Positions 11,917-25,147 of a stretch of DNA of 64,000 nucleotides are shown piece after piece (within the stretch, counting starts at the first letter, position 1; every line of letters starts with the position of its first letter). The stretch spans positions 16,740,001 through 16,804,000 of the forward strand of contig OZ024745.1 of NCBI GenBank assembly GCA_964016885.1, written 5' to 3'. A model generated the notes under the pieces. That model had not been told where the DNA came from, made no database searches, and was given only the letters and a program-made list of their open reading frames with translations. The position numbers and the translations under genes are program-made. The DNA is from Eledone cirrhosa (Eukaryota).

Positions 11917-13209
11917 CGCCAGTTAGACAATACCTATAATTTAGTTCCAGCTCACACAAAGTAGACATATCATCTAGTTACACCTCAAACCAGGTAAACC
12001 TAGCATCTAGTTACACTTCACACTAGGTAGAGCTGTAACTTAGCTCCAGCTCACACAAGGTATGCGCAATACCACAAGCCAACAGAATAATCGCTATGTT
12101 CACAGTGTTATTATTTATTATCGTTGAAATATATTTCGACCGTAATTCTCCATGTTTCAGTTTACTTACGGTGTTACTTGGCCGCAATGTTTCAGTGTTA
12201 GATTGTACAATACACACTCCCTCTAGTCATGACTTTATTTATGTATTCTAGACATGACTTTATATATTTATGTTTTTTATACATCAGTGTATTTGATATT
12301 TCGCCAAATATGGATTTTTAGACCGAGTGTGGGAATACGAAATGTTAGTCGTATATAAACATGCTAGAATTATTAAAGGCGGGGCACAGTTATCGATAAA
12401 ATATAATGGACAAGATACAATTATCGATATATGATCAACAATCATCAATGCGACCACAGTCGAACATTCCTGACAAAGTCTCTTAACAATTCACAATTTT
12501 ACATTAATCCTGCCCACTGCTCTCTATTGAGGTTTCTTTCGTCTAAGAGTGGATCGATGAATGTTCGAGCAGGTCTTCCTCAACTCCGTCACAAACAGTT
12601 GAACAGTTCAAAATGTTATGGAATTTATCTGTTATATTTCTGAAATAATGTGTAAGACTGGTAATACAATTAACTGCAGGGGTTTTAAGGATATGGAAAA
12701 AAATACATTTTTATTTTATTCATTTACTAGATTCAGTCAATGCACTTTGGCTTATATTTTCATGTCTGGTACATGTTTTACCGATCTCTATCTTGATATA
12801 TATGCATATAATGTGAAGACAGGCGTAGCAGCAATGCATTCCATCTTGGACATGTGGGTTTAACATAGCGTAGAGTTGAAGCAAATCTAGTGAATGTAAT
12901 TGTTTCAAGAGTAACTATTTAGCAACCTATCGGGTAGAGTGTACAAGTAAGTGAAAGGACCAGCCTTGTCATATACGGTTTCACGCTAAGTCTCATTAAG
13001 AATCGCGTATATATATATATATATACATTACATATATATTACATATAATGATATATTATATTATAATATATATATATATATATACAATTAGTTAGCACCC
13101 CGAACGTTTAATTAGGAATATACTCAGGTATTTCCTAATGTTTGTTGAGTGAGTTGGAATTTGGCCGGAGTATCGCTATTAGCTTTCTCCGATTATGTAT
13201 ATATATATA

Positions 13210-13385
13210 TAAAAGAAAATTTCGCTCTACATGGCCGAATACAATAACAGTAATCTGAACTTTTCGAATATTACTAATAACATTCGATTCGTTTGCAATT
13301 TTGCAAACAGGCCTCAATTTTATAGCCATGTCAGGAGAATGAACACTTCATTCTTGCTCTTATGTTGGCATGCGAACAGAACTAC
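13210..13385 (-). mobile_element. PLE terminal-repeat fragment, same family as 1618-2137
   Basis: Colinear match to the left arm at 1620-1955, without the SINE. Confidence 0.75.
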
Positions 13386-13824
13386 CGGTTGGTAGAGACT
13401 AAGAGAATTTTGGTAAAATTTATGTGCATTTTTTTCTTCAAACTTCTATTCTGTAGCTAATTCCGTGTAGTTAACTATTTGTCTAGTCAATTTCTACAGG
13501 CTAAAAGAAATAATTAGGTTAATGTCATATGGTTGTACATCGCGGAAAAGAATCTGTATCATTTGTCTATTATTTCTTCATAAGTACATTTTAAACTTAT
13601 AGCCTCGTTTAAATGATTTTTTATGTGGTTGATTTATACTGATTAGGAGAGGAAATACTGTATATATTTTATCTAATGGTTCTTTGGACTTACATTTATA
13701 TATATAGCTCTGATTAATAATCATTTCATTAGTTAATTCTTTATTGAGTCTCACCGTGAATGGTTGCCAAACTCATATATGTATCTGTGACTATGTCTAA
13801 GTATATATATATATACCCTTTGAA

Positions 13825-13961
<137 letters not shown>

Positions 13962-14103
13962 GATAATAATAATAATATATATAATATATATATATGCTGT
14001 AAGTTCTTTGGAGGAACAACACCACACTCCGGATCTGAACATATCAACGAATTAACAAGGTAGAATCTAACATTATGTTTTCCTGTTTTTTTTTCTGTGC
14101 AGG

Positions 14104-14170
14104 TTCTGACCACCTGATGAGGTCATAGCTGTTGAATAATGGTTATTACCGAAATATATACTGAGTGATA
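14104..14170 (+). ncRNA. Hammerhead-like ribozyme, stem I degenerate
   Basis: CTGATGA 14114-14120, stem II GGTCATAGC/GTTATTACC, GAAA 14151-14154, palindromic TATATA. Confidence 0.55.
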
Positions 14171-14283
14171 AATATGGATAAATATGGCTAAATATGGATA
14201 AATGAAGTTAATTTTAACCTGTTGACATACACTTCTTGTTCATACACACACAGGCACACTGACACACACTGACACACACTGAC

Positions 14284-14411
<128 letters not shown>

Positions 14412-14489
14412 CTCTCTCTCTCTGTGTCTGTGTGTGTATAAACAAGAAGTGTATGTCAACAGGTTAAAATTAACTTCGTTTATCCATAT

Positions 14490-14555
14490 TCACTTCAGTA
14501 TATATTTCCGTAATAACCATTATTCAACAGCTATGACCTCATCAGGTGGTCAGAA
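14490..14555 (-). ncRNA. Hammerhead-like ribozyme, inverted copy of 14104-14170
   Basis: Reverse strand CCAC-CTGATGA-GGTCATAGC...GTTATTACG-GAAA-TATATA. Confidence 0.5.
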
Positions 14556-14593
14556 CTTGCACAGAAAAACAGGAAAACATAATGATACATTTA

Positions 14594-14639
<46 letters not shown>

Positions 14640-14726
14640 TAAATCTAACATTATGTTTTCCTGTTTTTATATATATATATATACTTGGAACTCTTTTAAC
14701 CATATTTTGATCTTATATATATATAT

Positions 14727-14861
14727 AACGAAGGAAGTGTGGTAAGGAACCAGATGGACCATAATGCACCAAAGTATTCAGTACTTAGGGTAGTAGAGTG
14801 GGTAATAGAAACGAGTAAGACCACGACGGCTTGAGCTCAGCCGTCGGGTCTTACTCGTTCC

Positions 14862-14863
<2 letters not shown>
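14727..14863. mobile_element. PLE terminal-repeat fold-back (AACGAAGG family)
   Basis: Homologous to 16277-16470 and 25146-25390; terminal hairpin with apex about 14831-14839; in (TA)n. Confidence 0.7.
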
Positions 14864-14952
<89 letters not shown>

Positions 14953-15146
14953 TCAGGTTTGAGGTTCACCACTTGATAGAGCTGGTCTATTCCGTATGGT
15001 CAATTGGAATGTAATAATATAGAGAGTACTCAACGTAAAGCAGTTCAACCATCTTTGTTTTTGTACTTGGTGGTGGTATTACGGAGTTAAATATTATAAT
15101 GAAATAACAGGAGGCTGGATTTGTGTAAATCCTTGAAAGGTTTATT

Positions 15147-15204
15147 ATACTATGATCATTTCAATGACCGGGTTCCGTATGAATCCGGTGATATCATCAA
15201 GTAT
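15147..15204 (-). ncRNA. Minimal type I hammerhead (C3U) inside a PLE terminal-repeat fragment (about 14950-15320)
   Basis: Reverse strand ATAC-TTGATGA-[stem II ACCGGATTC/GAACCCGGT]-GAAA-TGATCA-TA-GTAT, followed by AATAAA. Confidence 0.55.
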
Positions 15205-15342
15205 TCGAAATATAATACGTGAATGTAATAGATAAAATCCATGGGGCTGAAAATCGAGGACCCGAGGGCGATCGCTATCCTGTACCTTCTACCTTAGCCG
15301 GTCGCCCTCCTTATTATATTATATATATATATATATATATAT

Positions 15343-15850
15343 CAAAGGAAACAAAAGATTTTAACGAAGAGGTTATAGTCGTTGAATTGTTGCTATCACC
15401 GAAATATATATATAACGGTAATGAAATATGTGAATTATGAAAGGTTGACTTATACGACGTGTTTATAAATTTACTCAGGAGTTAACAGACCCTCTTGTGG
15501 ACTTCCTTGTGTGCTCTACCCTGCACACTGAAGTGTTGGTGTTAAACTAACACATACTCTGGATAATTATATATATATACACACATACACACACACGCAC
15601 ATATATATATATATATATATATATATAGTATGTGATTCCAGTTCCTTTGAGGACTAACATCACACCCAAGAGCTGGACATATCGATGAATTCACAGGGTA
15701 GAACACATTACAAGATCATGTTTTCCTGTTTTTTCTGACTTAATTCTTACTGCTTGATGAGGTCATAGCCAATAACGGCTGTCACTGAAATATATATAAC
15801 AGCGAATTGGAATAAACGAAACCAACTTTAACATGTTTGATTTACACTTT
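15343..15850 (+). mobile_element. Two further decayed HHR-bearing terminal-repeat fragments related to 13995-14250
   Basis: GAAGAGGTTATAG...CTATCACCGAAATATATATA (about 15365-15415) and TTGATGAGGTCATAGCC...GGCTGTCACTGAAATATATATA (about 15754-15800); 15637-15740 matches 13998-14095. Confidence 0.55.
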
Positions 15851-15853
15851 TTT

Positions 15854-15899
<46 letters not shown>

Positions 15900-16276
15900 T
15901 ACATACTCCTGTATATTTCAGGGTGAAATTTACAGAATCGACTATTTACGGATGCTGCTTTTTAGGATCATGAAGTTCTAATCCAGAGTACCGTATCAAT
16001 GGCAGAAGCTCAACTAATCACTAAACAAACAAAAATAAAACAACACAACGAGTTGCAGTAATATTGTCGATTCGATGCAACAAAACAGATGTCCCAGTAA
16101 ATAATATAACACATAAAGAAGGCTAAGTAGCTGTTATAAACACTTAATTTTTTCTTTTACTCGTATCTATTAAACTTAACAGACTAGCTTAGGGCAACCA
16201 ATTTATATTTTTATAATCACTGTATATTGCTATGGGTAATATAATAATACCGGATTATATATATATATATATATAT

Positions 16277-16467
16277 AACGAAGGAGTTGTGGTAAGGAAC
16301 CAGATGGACCATAACGCACCAGAGTACTCAATACTTAGGGTAGTAGAGTTGGTAATAGGAAAAAGTATGACCTCGACGGCAGATATCAAGCCGTTTACGA
16401 CGGCTATTTATGGACCAGAAACAGCCATCGAAACGGCTTGAGCTCTGCCGTCGGGGTCATCCTCTTT

Positions 16468-16470
<3 letters not shown>
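16277..16470. mobile_element. PLE terminal-repeat fold-back (AACGAAGG family) containing the 3' half of a hammerhead
   Basis: GAAA 16430-16433, stem III CGGC/GCCG, TC cleavage triplet end, GGGGTCAT; inverted copy to the left with apex about 16414. Confidence 0.7.
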
Positions 16471-16510
<40 letters not shown>

Positions 16511-16513
<3 letters not shown>

Positions 16514-17691
16514 GCTATGGGAACGAAAACAGCCCCACTTATGCCAACCTAGTCATGGGATACCTGGAAATCACCCTATATAATAAAGTCCTAAACAAAT
16601 TTGGAAACACTCTCCACTTACACATAGAAAGGAACTGGAAGCGATATCTAGATGACTGCTTCATCCTTTGGCACAAAAACATCGAGAAACTTAAAGAATT
16701 TCACACCCTTATAAATGGGCTCAACACGAATATTAAATTCACGATGGAATACAGCCATCAACAACTCCCCTTCCTCGACATCCTCATTAAGATTCATAAC
16801 AAAAAAATAGAAACAGACATATACTACAAGCAATATCTTCCTTTCAACTCTTGCAACCCTAGACACGTTAAAATTAATATTCCCTACAACTTAGCCAAGT
16901 GAATCTGTACTATAGTCTCCAATAAAAACACCTGCTACTTACGGCTACAAGTACTAAAGGACACACTCATAGGCAGGGACTACCCTGCATCACTAATTGA
17001 CAATGGAATCCAACGTGCCCTAAAACTCAGTACCCAGGACCTTAGACACCCTAAAGTAAATCAAACGAAACTAAAAGCTCTTCCATACATCTCCACACAC
17101 AACCCTCTCAACAATGAGGCCTTTGACACCATCCTCCAGAACATCCCTGTGTTGAAAAAGGACCACAGAATGAACCAAATCCTACGAACACACGATGTCA
17201 TAAAGAGCAAAAGACAATCTAAGTCAATGAAAAACATCCTAACACATGCCAAAGTACTGCCAACCACAACAACGAAACCCACAGTAAAAAAATGCGATAG
17301 ACCCAACTGTGGCATTTGCATCAACCTAATAGAGGGTTCGGAATTCTATTTCAAAGAAGGACAACGTTTTATAGTAAAACACAATTTCACATGCGCATCA
17401 GAAAATCTAATATATGTATTAACTTGCTCAGGTTGTCGAGAACAATACATAGGCCAGACCAGAAACAGCCTCCGCCAACGCATGACTGTCCATAGATCCC
17501 AAATTAAAATACGGGAATACAGGAAAATACCACTGAGTGAACACATTGATACATGTGCCGCCCAAAATCATCCCAACTTCAGAATCTTTCCCCTCTACAA
17601 ATTTAAAGATAATGCCACCCACACCCAGCGCATCAGCAAGGAATCTTACTTTATTAACAAATACGGACACCGTCTAAACACTTCTCCCTAA
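16511..17691 (+). pseudogene. PLE reverse transcriptase C-half plus GIY-YIG endonuclease
   Basis: PTYANL, WKRYLDDCF, IKFTME, LPFLD, TDIYYK; Cys linker CDRPNCGIC; LIYVLTCSGCREQYIGQT, RMTVHR, KESYFI. One in-frame TGA at 16900 and a 1-bp frameshift near the start. Confidence 0.92.
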
Positions 17692-17895
17692 GACGAACCC
17701 ACAACATACACACGTCAACATACATACCTACATCAGCATAATCTCTACCCACATATAAACACAATGACATACGTAAACACACATGTTCTATGGTGCAACA
17801 TAAATATACACAAATTTGCATACCTTTTGATGTCTATAGATATAAACGTGCCGACACACACACATACGCACCCATGCATTGCACACTGATGGGCA

Positions 17896-18175
17896 CATAC
17901 ATATTTGTGCACAGGTATTCCAATACGGCAAGGTCTAATGAATTCCCCTTGCAGTACGTACAATCTGGACACACTCCAGATACATATTTGTGCACAGGTA
18001 TACAATTTCAGGACACACTCAAGAAATTGTGTACAATTTGTGCACAGGTATACAATTTGTGCACATGTATGCAATTTCTGGACACACTCCAGATACATAT
18101 TTGTGCACAGGTATTCCAATACGGCAAGGACTAATGGATCCCCCTTTCAGAACGTACAATCTGGACACACTCACA
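17896..18175 (+). repeat. Imperfect internal duplications in the PLE 3' region
   Basis: ATACATATTTGTGCACAGGTA recurs; the block ...TTCCAATACGGCAAGG...GTACAATCTGGACACACTC occurs at about 17897 and 18092. Confidence 0.8.
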
Positions 18176-18527
18176 CACACATACTATATATCATTTCACA
18201 CCTTTTATTATTAAGGTTTTTGATGTTCTATTGAGAGAATCGATTTTACTGAAAATATCGAATAATGTACACCATTTTACCAGAAAAAAATACTGGTCCA
18301 CCCACACACACACACACATATTCTCTCTCACACACACACACATATACACACACACATACACACGCGTACATTAACATACAAAGAGACATACACACAGACA
18401 CACACACACACACACACTTCTCGGTATAAGACAAGAGCTGAAAAATATCTTTTAACATGTTAAAATATCCCCCACACACTTTCAGACACATTCCTACTGA
18501 CCATCCCTCTACCACGAATCACTCTGC

Positions 18528-18583
<56 letters not shown>

Positions 18584-19065
18584 TCTTAATAGGCATTTGA
18601 ACTGTCAACAGGCTGCTGTTCGCACACACATCCCTGCTGACCATTATCACAACAACGAACCTCTTTACTACTACTACACACACACACACATATTTGTTGT
18701 GAAAGACTTATTTCTCAGTCAGCCGACACAAACCTAAATTTAGCACAAAATCAATTTTTTACATTCACATGACCTCTACCGACCAATCAAAATTGTTTTG
18801 ACCACAAGAATTTTTGCAACACGAATTGGCGCAAAACTTATTTTAATACCGGTTTTTTAACATAAAAACAGGTAGAATTCCCAAAACTAATCAGATCAGA
18901 GCAAACATCACGGACGCTCTATCTCAAAATTATTTTTGAAAAGCATTAGAAATGCGCAACCGGTAAAACTAAAAACCCAAACTGAATACTAACCAATACT
19001 ATTACTAATTCTCACTTATTCATAATTAAACTATTTTTCACTGTGAACATTTTCTATTCCGTTTA

Positions 19066-19125
<60 letters not shown>

Positions 19126-20121
19126 CAGACAGAATGTAATGTGGCCCTCAATATCGTTAAAATAATTGTATCACTTAATTTCCTCCATTTGTAGGAACAA
19201 TTCGGTAATCTGTGCAGAGATATGAAATCAGTACTTGTATATGTTACAATAACACTGATATTTCCAAGGTTGTTTTTAAGTGATAATTAATATATGTGGA
19301 AACTATAATTTGTTATTGAGAACAATTTGTTATATGTTGAGAAAGAGAAATCATAAAATTAAATACAGCACACAATGTAGCATAAGATCTAGATTTAAAG
19401 GAAAGTGTATGTAAATATATATATTGGAATATAATCTAATTAATAATGATTACGTAATATCAGAAAGCTGAATTAAATTATAGTAAAGAAAACGAAGGAA
19501 GGTACTAGTTAGAAGTTGTGTTATACATATTATGCTACGTTTGATGTGCCAAGAAATGCATATGAAAATGCTTTTGAATAATGTTGAATTAACTCTACAT
19601 TATATTACTAAATAAACAATTTAATTAAACGTGTTTAAAATCAGTGGACGAAGTAACTACATAGACAAATATATTGACATTTAATGAATAGTTATTTTAA
19701 TAGGAGTTTATTTATATCAGAAGTGGTTTAAAACCGGTTGTGGATAAATTAACTAGAGTGACATGAATGAAGTTTAATAAATAAGCAGGTATTTAATAGG
19801 CATGTGTGTAACACATTTAATAATAGAGTGGATATATTGATTGGAATTATAAAAAATAAATTTAAGTTTAAATGACTAAGATCATAAAATAAATGTTGAA
19901 TTTGTAATTATAATTAATGTTCTAAGTTTATTAGTTTCAATTGTATAGTTTGTCTGATATTTTATTAGGACGCAGGGAAGTTATTAGTGAAATATTGGTA
20001 ATGCTTAGTATTACAGTTATGTTATTTTATGCAATAATGTGTATTGGTTACAATTTATAGGCAGGAAGGAGAAATAAAAATTAAAATATGCCAGTACAAA
20101 TGCATTATTACATCTGTGGTA

Positions 20122-20328
20122 AGGGCAGTGAATTGTTACGTATCGGCAGAGCGTCAGGCACTATGCTTTGAATTTGAGTTTAGAATTTGAGTTCAAATCT
20201 TGCCAAGGACAGTTTGCCTTTCATCGGTAAGGTGTCGATAACATAAAGAACCAGTAACGCACTGCTGTCAATTTAATCTATTTTTCCCCTCACCGAAATT
20301 GTTGGCCATGTGCTTAGATCAGAAACCA
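20122..20328 (+). mobile_element. SINE (long variant) with about 20-bp target duplication
   Basis: Flanked by CATTATTACATCTGTGGTAA and CATTTTTACATCTGTAGTAA. Confidence 0.8.
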
Positions 20329-21658
20329 TTTTTACATCTGTAGTAATAATATTCTAGAAGAAAATGTAGGTGTGTTTTCTATTAATTACTACATACTTAA
20401 AATAAATGTTCAAAGAATATTTAACTCCATATACCATATGTGAAGGTGAGGAAACTAATAAAAGCTAGATGACTAATTGGGGAATAGAGAATGTAAAACT
20501 GACATGGGTTTAATTGTTAAGAGAGAGTTTACAGTAGATATTTCCATTTTATCTACATAGACGTGTGTTTCTGCTGTTAAATATGTTTGAAGGTGTTAGC
20601 AGTTAAACACTATATGCTACTTGGTGTGAATTTAGTTGACTAAGTTGTTTGGTTTTACAATTGGCTCTAAGTGGGCAACTATCCTTCTCAAAACGAGTAC
20701 AGATATAGATATTATAATAGAGTGACTGGGTGTTTGATATAAAAATATTGAACATCACTTGGAAGAGTTTCTGTGGGTGTGAATGAGATTTTCGTATGTC
20801 CTATGCTTAATTAGATCAGGTGTTAGCGGTTTGAGAGAAAGGTTTTTCAGTAGTAGTTTGAAAGAAAAATAGTTACTTGTTTCAAACCTTGCAAGCTAAA
20901 CGGTGGGTTATATCATCGTACACACCACTTTTTAAATACGATGGGCCATTGTATAATATTCAATATATTGAAGATTTCTATATTCGTCTTGTTCTTTTTT
21001 TTAATTTTTAAGTCTGCATATTGTGAGTTATGCAGGTTAAATATGACATCCTGACGACGAGAGGTTTGGGTTTAATGTTGTGTAAATATAACAATCCATC
21101 TTCTCCATAAAAGCCAGCATGTATCAAGAAACGTGTGCGTATAAAATATGTCAATGTAAGATTCAACAATAATTCTGACCTCAACTGAATCTTTTGATTC
21201 CATACAAACCTTGTACAGTTAACAAAGAAGAGTTTCTAGCAAGTAATGAAATAATCTAAAGATGTGTCCCTAATAAACGTGATTAATTCGGATTTGAGTA
21301 GGTGAACCGTGAGAGTCGGTCCGGTAATTCTAGTGTAGGAATCTCTTATATGAAATTGAAGAAATGACATTTGTTATTATCTTGTATAGAATTACGCCAT
21401 ATTATTACTGATAGCGTATTATACTAAATCGGTATGAGTGGATCTTCAAGCGTGTAACACCTGATTCTAAATAAGTTTTGGAATGAGTAATAAGTCTAGT
21501 TAAAGGGACATTGGAGATGTGTAATAAATGGTTTTAACGTAATATATTGGTTTTGTATTAGCGTTATGTCGGTTCTCAATTCAGGGTTCTATTCTGTAGT
21601 AATATCCTACCGATAGAACATTTACGAGGAATAATTTTAAGAAGAGATATTAATGACT

Positions 21659-22010
21659 AAATGCAGAGGAAACTGGGTGTATGGTTGTTTGTTGACCTAA
21701 TACAGAGGAAACTGGCACTATGGTTGTTTGTTGACCTAATACAGAGGAAACTGGTACTATGGTTGTTTGTTGACCTAATACGGAAGAAACTGACACTATA
21801 GTTGCTTGTTGACATAATACAGAGGAAACTGGGACTATGGTTGTTTGTTGACCTAATACAGAAGAAACTGACACTATAGTTGCTTGTTGACCTAATACAG
21901 AAGAAACTGGCGGTATAGTTGTTTGTTGACCTAATACAGAAGAAACTGGCGGTATAGTTGTTTGTTGACCTAATATAGAAGAAGCTGTGGGTATGGTTGT
22001 TTGTTGACCT
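21659..22010 (-). repeat. 39-bp tandem repeat, about 9 units, open on the minus strand as (LGQQTTIVPVSSV)n
   Basis: Unit AATACAGAGGAAACTGGCACTATGGTTGTTTGTTGACCT. Confidence 0.92.
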
Positions 22011-22202
22011 AATCCTAATTTGTATTCTAGATATCTATCTGAAAATATTCCTAATCTTTCCTAAATTACATTATTTGATGAAGACGAATACGTCTCCGGA
22101 GAGTTCCTTTAAAATGTATTGAAAAAAGAATGTCATTTTATCATTCTGGTGGCATATTTTTGTTTTCGTTTCTCAATTCGTCTTATCTACCCCTCTGTCA
22201 AC

Positions 22203-22256
<54 letters not shown>

Positions 22257-22869
22257 TTTTGTCCCCCTACACACGCACAAAACATTTATAGATATACAAT
22301 GCATTCAAACTGTTTGATAATCGATTTTCAACGGCATATAAGCATAGCATATACATTCACAAAATGGATATAAACTAATTATCTATACTTTTAAACTAAA
22401 GAATGCCTTATTCCCATCAATGTATTAAATATGTCTGTAGTATGATAGATAAGAATGTTAAAAAGCTCCGTTCAAATACATTCTAGTAATATGTACACAT
22501 CGAAGAATAAGACATTTAATGACAGTAGAAGATCCAACAAAAGCGTAGATTTGAATATTATAAGTACATACATTAATAGGTTGGAGATTTATGAGAAACA
22601 ACTTTATCGAGACAAATTTTAAATTCTTATGAATTTCAATGTTCTTAATGAAATAGTTTTACTTTAAAATCAAGATGAAGTGCATTGCTTTTTAAATCAA
22701 CATAAGAATATGACACTTCAATTGCATTAGTAGGCATTCCAAATGATCGCATGTGTATACAACATACTAGAAATAAGAACAGTGACTTAACAAAAAACCT
22801 CAATATTAATACTGTCATATCTATAATGACAGTTGTACGTCACGCTGACTAACTCAGATAAAGTAATGT

Positions 22870-23057
22870 AATAATTGTTTCTACTTTTTAGGCACAATGC
22901 CAGCAATTAACCAGTGCATTACTGGTACTTTATTTTATCGACCCAGTAAGGATGAAAGGCGAAGTCAACCTCGGCGGGATTTGAACTCAGATCGTAAAGG
23001 GACGTAACTATGGTGGAAAGCATGGCGTCCAACCCTCTACCGATACTGCCAATCCAC
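22870..23057 (-). mobile_element. SINE
   Basis: Same family as 919-1114. Confidence 0.9.
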
Positions 23058-23173
23058 AATAATGTGCTTACATTGGTGACATGTTGATGGGGGCGACGCT
23101 GCCGTCTCTACCAGCATTTCCAATGTCTACCAAATTTACTTTTTCATAATATAATGTGTTTATCCAGAAATAT

Positions 23174-23371
23174 AGGAGCGTGGCTGAAAAGTTCATTGGC
23201 TGACTACCAAAGAGTGATATTAAGGTTGTGAAATCTTGCATGCATTAATTTCAACTCGTCTTATTAATAATAGCATTTTTTCTTTCCAGGTACTATGTTG
23301 AAAAATAAACCTCATTTGGTCATTCCAGGAGAGTATCTTCGTCAGCCTATGAATATTTCAGCTGACCCTCG
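23174..23371. mobile_element. Tc1/mariner-type MITE, monomeric relative of 8840-9173 in opposite orientation
   Basis: GGCTGAAAAGTTCATTGGCTGAC ... GTCAGCCTATGAATATTTCAGCTGACCCTCG-TA; body matches the reverse complement of one 8840 subunit. Confidence 0.8.
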
Positions 23372-24894
23372 TATTTTGATGCTGCTGAGGAAATACTTTA
23401 ATATGTATGTTGCATTTATTATTTGAAGTTTAATATACCAGATTGAATCTCCATAAATTTAATTAAAACGCATGAATATTTTGTCTCATAAAAAATAACA
23501 CTGACAATTTAAGTGTTATTCAACATTTAAGAAAACAAAATGGCAAATGCAAAATATCAATACAATGCAGCATACATCCCTAGATATTATAATGATTTTA
23601 TTGTGAAAATGAATAATTAATTGTTAGGTTACTGGTTCAACCTCCAGCGCAGAGTTACTGTATATAATATTATTATGTTAGATGATAGAGTGCATATTAT
23701 AATATTATGTTATAGGACACAGGCTTCAGTGTATTAGCCATTTATACAGCAGATGTAACTGCATATCTGTCATCTATCATTTCTGTCATCTATCACTTCT
23801 TTCAGAAGTATACAATTCTAAAAATAATGTTAAATTTACAATTACATCACAAAGAATATATTTTTAATGCTTCATTTCCAACATTAAAGCTGATTAAATG
23901 GATAAAATATATGTTTAGAAGAGAGAGAGAGAATTATAATCATCTTGACAAATAAATATATTTATGAATAAATTCATATTCTATAAACAGTATTTAAAAG
24001 ATTAAGTTTAATTTGGTACTAAATCATATCTGAAATAATCTTATATACTAAAGAACATCTACAATCAGTAGCAATTCTAGTTTTGTCTTCCTTTCCACTC
24101 ATCAGTGGAAACCATGGTAACTGCTGCAAACGATAACAGAAGAAAGAAAAATATATCACAACCAAATGAAACATTATTGAAGATCAATAATGACAACATA
24201 CAGAGAATATATTTTGAAAAGATCAAGCAAATATTAATCTAGTTCTATTGTTAACTGTCTAACATCAGACAATACTTGTGTTTTGCCGATATTTAAGCCG
24301 GATAATTGCTACCAGAGAATTCATTTATGCTATATATATTTGATTGCACTGGCTCTTTTTATGTTTTATTGTTTCTTTTTACAAATAGACCGATATAAAA
24401 GTATGTCATGTAGTTATGTGCTATTATTTTCTTCTCGTTTTTTTTTTTAATAAAAATGTATAAGTTTCCTATGTTAATAAGTAATTCAATAGCAATAATT
24501 AAACAAAATAATTTACTATGATCACCAAATGCATGAAGATTGCTTCACGGCATTGTAAAGCTTTGGCCAATTTGTGGAAAGGTTGAGTGGAAGTTTGTTT
24601 CATGTGAAACATCCAGAACAGTGCATATCTATTATATCATTGAATAATTCAATAACAAAACGATTCTCCCATTTCAATAAACCGAATATAAGATACATCA
24701 AATGATTTAGTCAAAGAAAATAATTATTAAAGCAAAATAATTGATTCTGATTTGGTGATCCTCCCAATTATCTCGTTTTATTTCTCTCTCCCCTTTCTCT
24801 CTTTCTCATTACACACACACACACACACACGCACACACACACATACACACACACACATATATATATGTATGTATATGTATGTGTGTATGTTTAT

Positions 24895-24945
<51 letters not shown>

Positions 24946-25094
24946 AAGGCTCACCGTTAGACTTATTAATCGTCTAACGAAAGGAATAAAATTGATTGTA
25001 AAATCTGCAATAGGCAATGAGAGAAGAATCATTACGATATTCTGCTACTATCAGACAATGATGATGCAATATACCACTTGTATCTATCTATCTA

Positions 25095-25145
<51 letters not shown>

Positions 25146-25147
<2 letters not shown>

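Larger units (their letters stand above)
16511..19070 (+). mobile_element. Penelope-like element (C-terminal GIY-YIG, Neptune-like), 5'-truncated
   Basis: Starts in RT at TAMGTKTAP and has a long 3' region with internal duplications. Ends in the terminal repeat that also occurs solo at 3283; both ends in (TA)n. Confidence 0.85.

Noticed and set aside
12113-12190. Minus-strand stem-GAAA-TATA-TT followed by AATAAA
   Set aside because: The CTGANGA box and stem I are unrecognisable; at best a dead PLE hammerhead
16900-16902. Single in-frame TGA in the PLE ORF as possible selenocysteine (known in some PLEs)
   Set aside because: It aligns to the Arg of the usual LARRIC-type motif, so CGA-to-TGA decay is simpler; the copy is also truncated and has other lesions
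21659-22010. CRISPR-like appearance of regularly spaced repeats
   Set aside because: The units are contiguous with no unique spacers, there are no cas genes, and the context is eukaryotic
24075-24125. Minus-strand CTGATGA as a hammerhead
   Set aside because: No GAAA box after a stem II and no stem I; it lies in a simple TTCCAC/GTGGAA hairpin
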